Source of the DNA: Azolla caroliniana | Taxonomy: Eukaryota > Plantae > Polypodiophyta | Length of the DNA: 64,000 nucleotides | Assembly: GCA_043228905.1 (NCBI GenBank) | Contig: JBHGNT010000018.1 | Span: forward strand, 15,252,001-15,316,000 | Direction: 5' to 3' | Shown here: positions 60,577 to 64,000 of the stretch, in pieces | Layout of the letters: the number at the start of each line of letters is the position of its first letter | How positions within the stretch are numbered: position 1 is the stretch's first letter | Notes under the pieces: model-generated | Told to the model about the DNA's origin: nothing | What the model saw: the letters and a program-made list of their open reading frames with translations, nothing else | The model's database searches: none | Program-made: the position numbers and the translations under genes

Positions 60577-63500
60577 TGTCGTGAAAATCCGTCACTATGT
60601 GCGAATCGTGAGATGGAACCGTCAGGGTTCTGGACTAGAAGGATTTAGTGCAACACGTACAACACAAGCAAGTTTTAAGCATAAGACAAGTGAGAGAGAC
60701 AAATCATTAGTTTATTGCAAAGAAAATCGATTCTTTATAATTTCAGAATCGTGTTACAATGCGTTGGGTATGGAAATGAGAGATTAATTTTTCAAAGAAA
60801 GGAGCCAACCATGCAAGGAGTGGTTCGATATGAATATGAGAGATAATTTTTTGCCAGGAAGATCGAGTAAACAAAGCTAGGATTTTGATATCAACATTGG
60901 AGAAAATTTGTTTCTCAAATCCGAGAGGAAAGAAGAAAAAAGGGGAAAAAAAAACGAGGGAAAAAATGGGATATATATCGAGCTCCTCGTTGATCCTCCT
61001 CCCCAATGTTACTTTGCATGCCCACTTTTAGTTGTATGGCCTCTGCTTTTAGTTGCATGCTTCAATTTTTAGATGCATGCCTTTTACTTTTAGTTGCATG
61101 GCCTTGGCTTTTGGTTGCATGCGATTGTCTGTATAATTCGGCCAAATGACACAATCATCCTTAGCCCGTGCACAATTCGTATGTGCGTCGCAACCAAACC
61201 ATAGGCGCATTCGCGCGCAAAAGTCCCGAACGCGCCATAGTGTGCGCATCCACACGCGCGCGCGTCCAACCCGCACCGTGTATGCATCCGCGCGCAAAAG
61301 TCTGAACTGCGCCGTAGTGTACGCATCCGCGCATGCGCACACACGCGTCCGTCCGAAACGTTCACGCGTACGCCTGAAACTTGCACACGTGCATACATCC
61401 GAAGACGTACCGTACATCCGAAGACGTCCATGCGCGCATATGTCCGAAAACATCCACACGGCCATGTATATGCACGTACATCCAAAGCGTGCACGCCACA
61501 TAGTGTAGCCCAAGTCACCTTGAACCTTCTATGCTCCACACATTGATAGAATGAATATGTTTTGGTTTCCCTTATATATTCTGGGTTCAAATGTTGTCCT
61601 ATCTATGTGGGATATCTCACAGTTTTGTCTTTTCTTTTCTTTTTTTCAAACTTCACACTCACATAACTTGATACTTGTTTATCCGTTTTATGCGTAGTAA
61701 AATATGCTATGAAGCTCTTGAACACATCTATCTTTCCATATCCATATATTAAGCTAATCATAAATAATTATTTTACTAGTTTTCATATCGTGTGTGAAAA
61801 ACCACACGACATTTACCCTCACCAAACCTGCACATCCACCGGTATGTGCCAATTGTGGTGAGGTTCCTCTTTTTTAATTACTCTTCTTTAACCTCGATGT
61901 TCGAGGATACATCATCTAGATCTTCGATCTCAAGATTTGGGGCTTCTCTTCTCTTAAAGATCTTGATCCTCTTCCCTGCTATTGGCAAAGCAAGTCGAGT
62001 TCCATCTAACTCCACTAAAGAATAGGTTGCACTGCTTTCTATTTTCTTGACCATATACGGGCCAAACCATCGTTTTGCGAACTTTCGAGTAGTGCTATAT
62101 TGATTGTCGAGACTACTATCATAGACAAGAACCCAATCTCCTTCTTCAATTTTTCTTCGTCGAAGACGGTGCTTTCTATCAAAATTCTCCTTGTTCTTCA
62201 ATCGAGCTTGGCGCAACCGTTCTATTGCCAACTCGACATCTTCGGGCCTTCATTCTAATTGTTGAATCCTCGTGGCTAGCAAGTCTTCCCGACTCATTTC
62301 CTCTTGCCATGGCAAAGACGTCCACAAAACAACACTTTGCTCAATAGGCATTATTGGTTTTTGTCCTAATATGAGTTTGGCTATCTGCCCACAATGCATA
62401 AGGTAGTAATCGTGGCCAATTTCCCATTTTGCCTTCGCTAGAGCTTTTACAATTGGACTATGTCCTCGTTCTACCTTCCCATTTGCGTCCGGATTGTATG
62501 CCATGGTGAGTGATAATTTGACGCCTATTCTTGAAAAGAACTCTTTAGCTTCATTCGCATCTAATTCTCCTCTATCGGCCATTATTTTGCCGACGCATCT
62601 GTATCGACAAATAACATCTTCAAGGAGAAACCTACAAACCGCCGAAGTTGTTTTATTCCTTGGCGCCCGTCCTTCTACTTGGTTGGTGAGATCCTCTCTT
62701 GCTAGCACGAGATATTTCATTTGCCCCAATCCCATTGGCATAACCACTATGTCTACCAACCACTTATAGTGCATTGATAATGGATATGTTGGATGAAGTT
62801 CATCCCTATGTTGAATATTCGAGTATAATTGGCATTGCTCACATGTTTCAACATAGCTTGCTACATCTTTGTAAACACCCGGCCACCAATACTTCTCCTT
62901 GAGCTTTGCAAATGTTGCCCATATACCACGATGACCTGCCCACACACTATCATGAAATTCAGCAATTAGTGTTTGTTGATCCTGTTTCTTGCACACCACT
63001 CGAAGTGGAGTTCCATTCTTCTTCTTCAGAAACTTCCATAGATGTCCTTCTTTGAGGAAGAACTTGTAGGCCTTCTTCCTAATTCGGTAGAAGTCTTCCT
63101 TTGACCATGATTCATCTTTTGTAAGAGAGCTTAAGTATTTGCCAATTTCGATGAATTCACCCTCATAATCTTCTACTTTGAACACTGCTAGCACCCGAGC
63201 ACAAGAAACCGTAAAGAAGTTTAGGCCAACATCCTCTTCGTCGGAGTGCAAATCTTCTTCACCCTGATACCTCGCCCTTGACAACATATCGGCCACCACA
63301 TTATGCTTCCCATTTATATGCCGAATCTCGGGGTTGAGGGACTTGATATAGGCAATCCATCGCAGCATAGCAATATCCGGTGTAGCACAACCGAATATCA
63401 TTCCGAGAATAGGTAGACAGTCAATTTCGATTATGACCTCTGTTCCTATAAGGTAGTCACGGTCGGTTTTAACTGCGGATAGTATTCCCCATAGCTCTCT

Positions 63501-64000
63501 CTTTACTTGAGCATACTTCCTTTGTCTTTCGGTTAACACCTTCGCATCGAATCGGATTGCATACCGATTCTTTTCTTTGTCTTCTTGGTTTATCACCCAT
63601 CCAATTCCGGTTGGGCTCGTATCCACCATCACATATATTGGGGTACCATCGGTGTAGTCGGCTTTGCGCAGTGCTGGAGCTTCCAATAATAGTTTCTTTA
63701 GCTTTTGAATCGCGTAGGTATGCTCATCTTCCCATTCAAACTTCTTCCTTTTCTTTAATAGTCCATACAATGGTTCAACGACATGGGCATAATGTGGAAT
63801 CCATATGTGATAGAATGCACATGCTCCCAAGAATCTTCGCACCTCCGTTTGAGACACACATTCTTCTTTCATCTCTTGAATAGCGTTCACCTTGGATGGA
63901 GATGGCTTTCGGCCATAAGACCCACATAAGTGTCCTACTACCAATATTTCTGGTTGACCGAATGCAGACTTCTCTCCCGAAAACGTGAGATTCGCATCCT
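60577..64000 (-). mobile_element. AT-rich Ty3/gypsy element G7: 3' LTR 60577-61811, PPT, integrase, RNase H, RT end; continues beyond the window
   Basis: LTR TGTCG...CGACA; PPT GGTGAGGGTAAA (reverse complement 61812-61823). ORFs 62250-63944 and 61878-62231 are homologous to G5 pol. Confidence 0.93.

Overview
Repeat-dense eukaryotic DNA, most likely from a non-seed land plant such as a fern, moss or lycophyte (inferred from the TE lineages). Almost the whole window is a deep nest of LTR retrotransposons. It holds seven Ty1/copia-type copies or solo LTRs, including an intact young Tnt1/Tork-like element at 18854-24463. It also holds six copies of a tRNA-Trp-primed, chromodomain-less Ty3/gypsy group (youngest 35477-42640, LTRs look identical) plus two gypsy solo LTRs, a self-priming Tf1/Tcn1-like LTR with a heat-shock-element array (1589-2045), and a LINE RT fragment. 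The one non-retroelement island (about 27637-30064, AT-rich) carries the top finding: a minus-strand gene with four GT-AG introns whose spliced product is a prokaryote-type beta-class N6-adenine/N4-cytosine DNA methyltransferase (DIPY...QKP...LDLFSGTGTT). It is 5'-truncated and sits inside a copia element, possibly as DNA-transposon cargo. Other signals are 4-bp CpG-centred target-site duplications of the gypsy group, a conserved -1 frameshift cassette after gag-protease, a covarying hairpin before the PPT, a recombinant copia, and one junction near 30064 that accounts for most missing element ends. All calls were made by eye without database searches.
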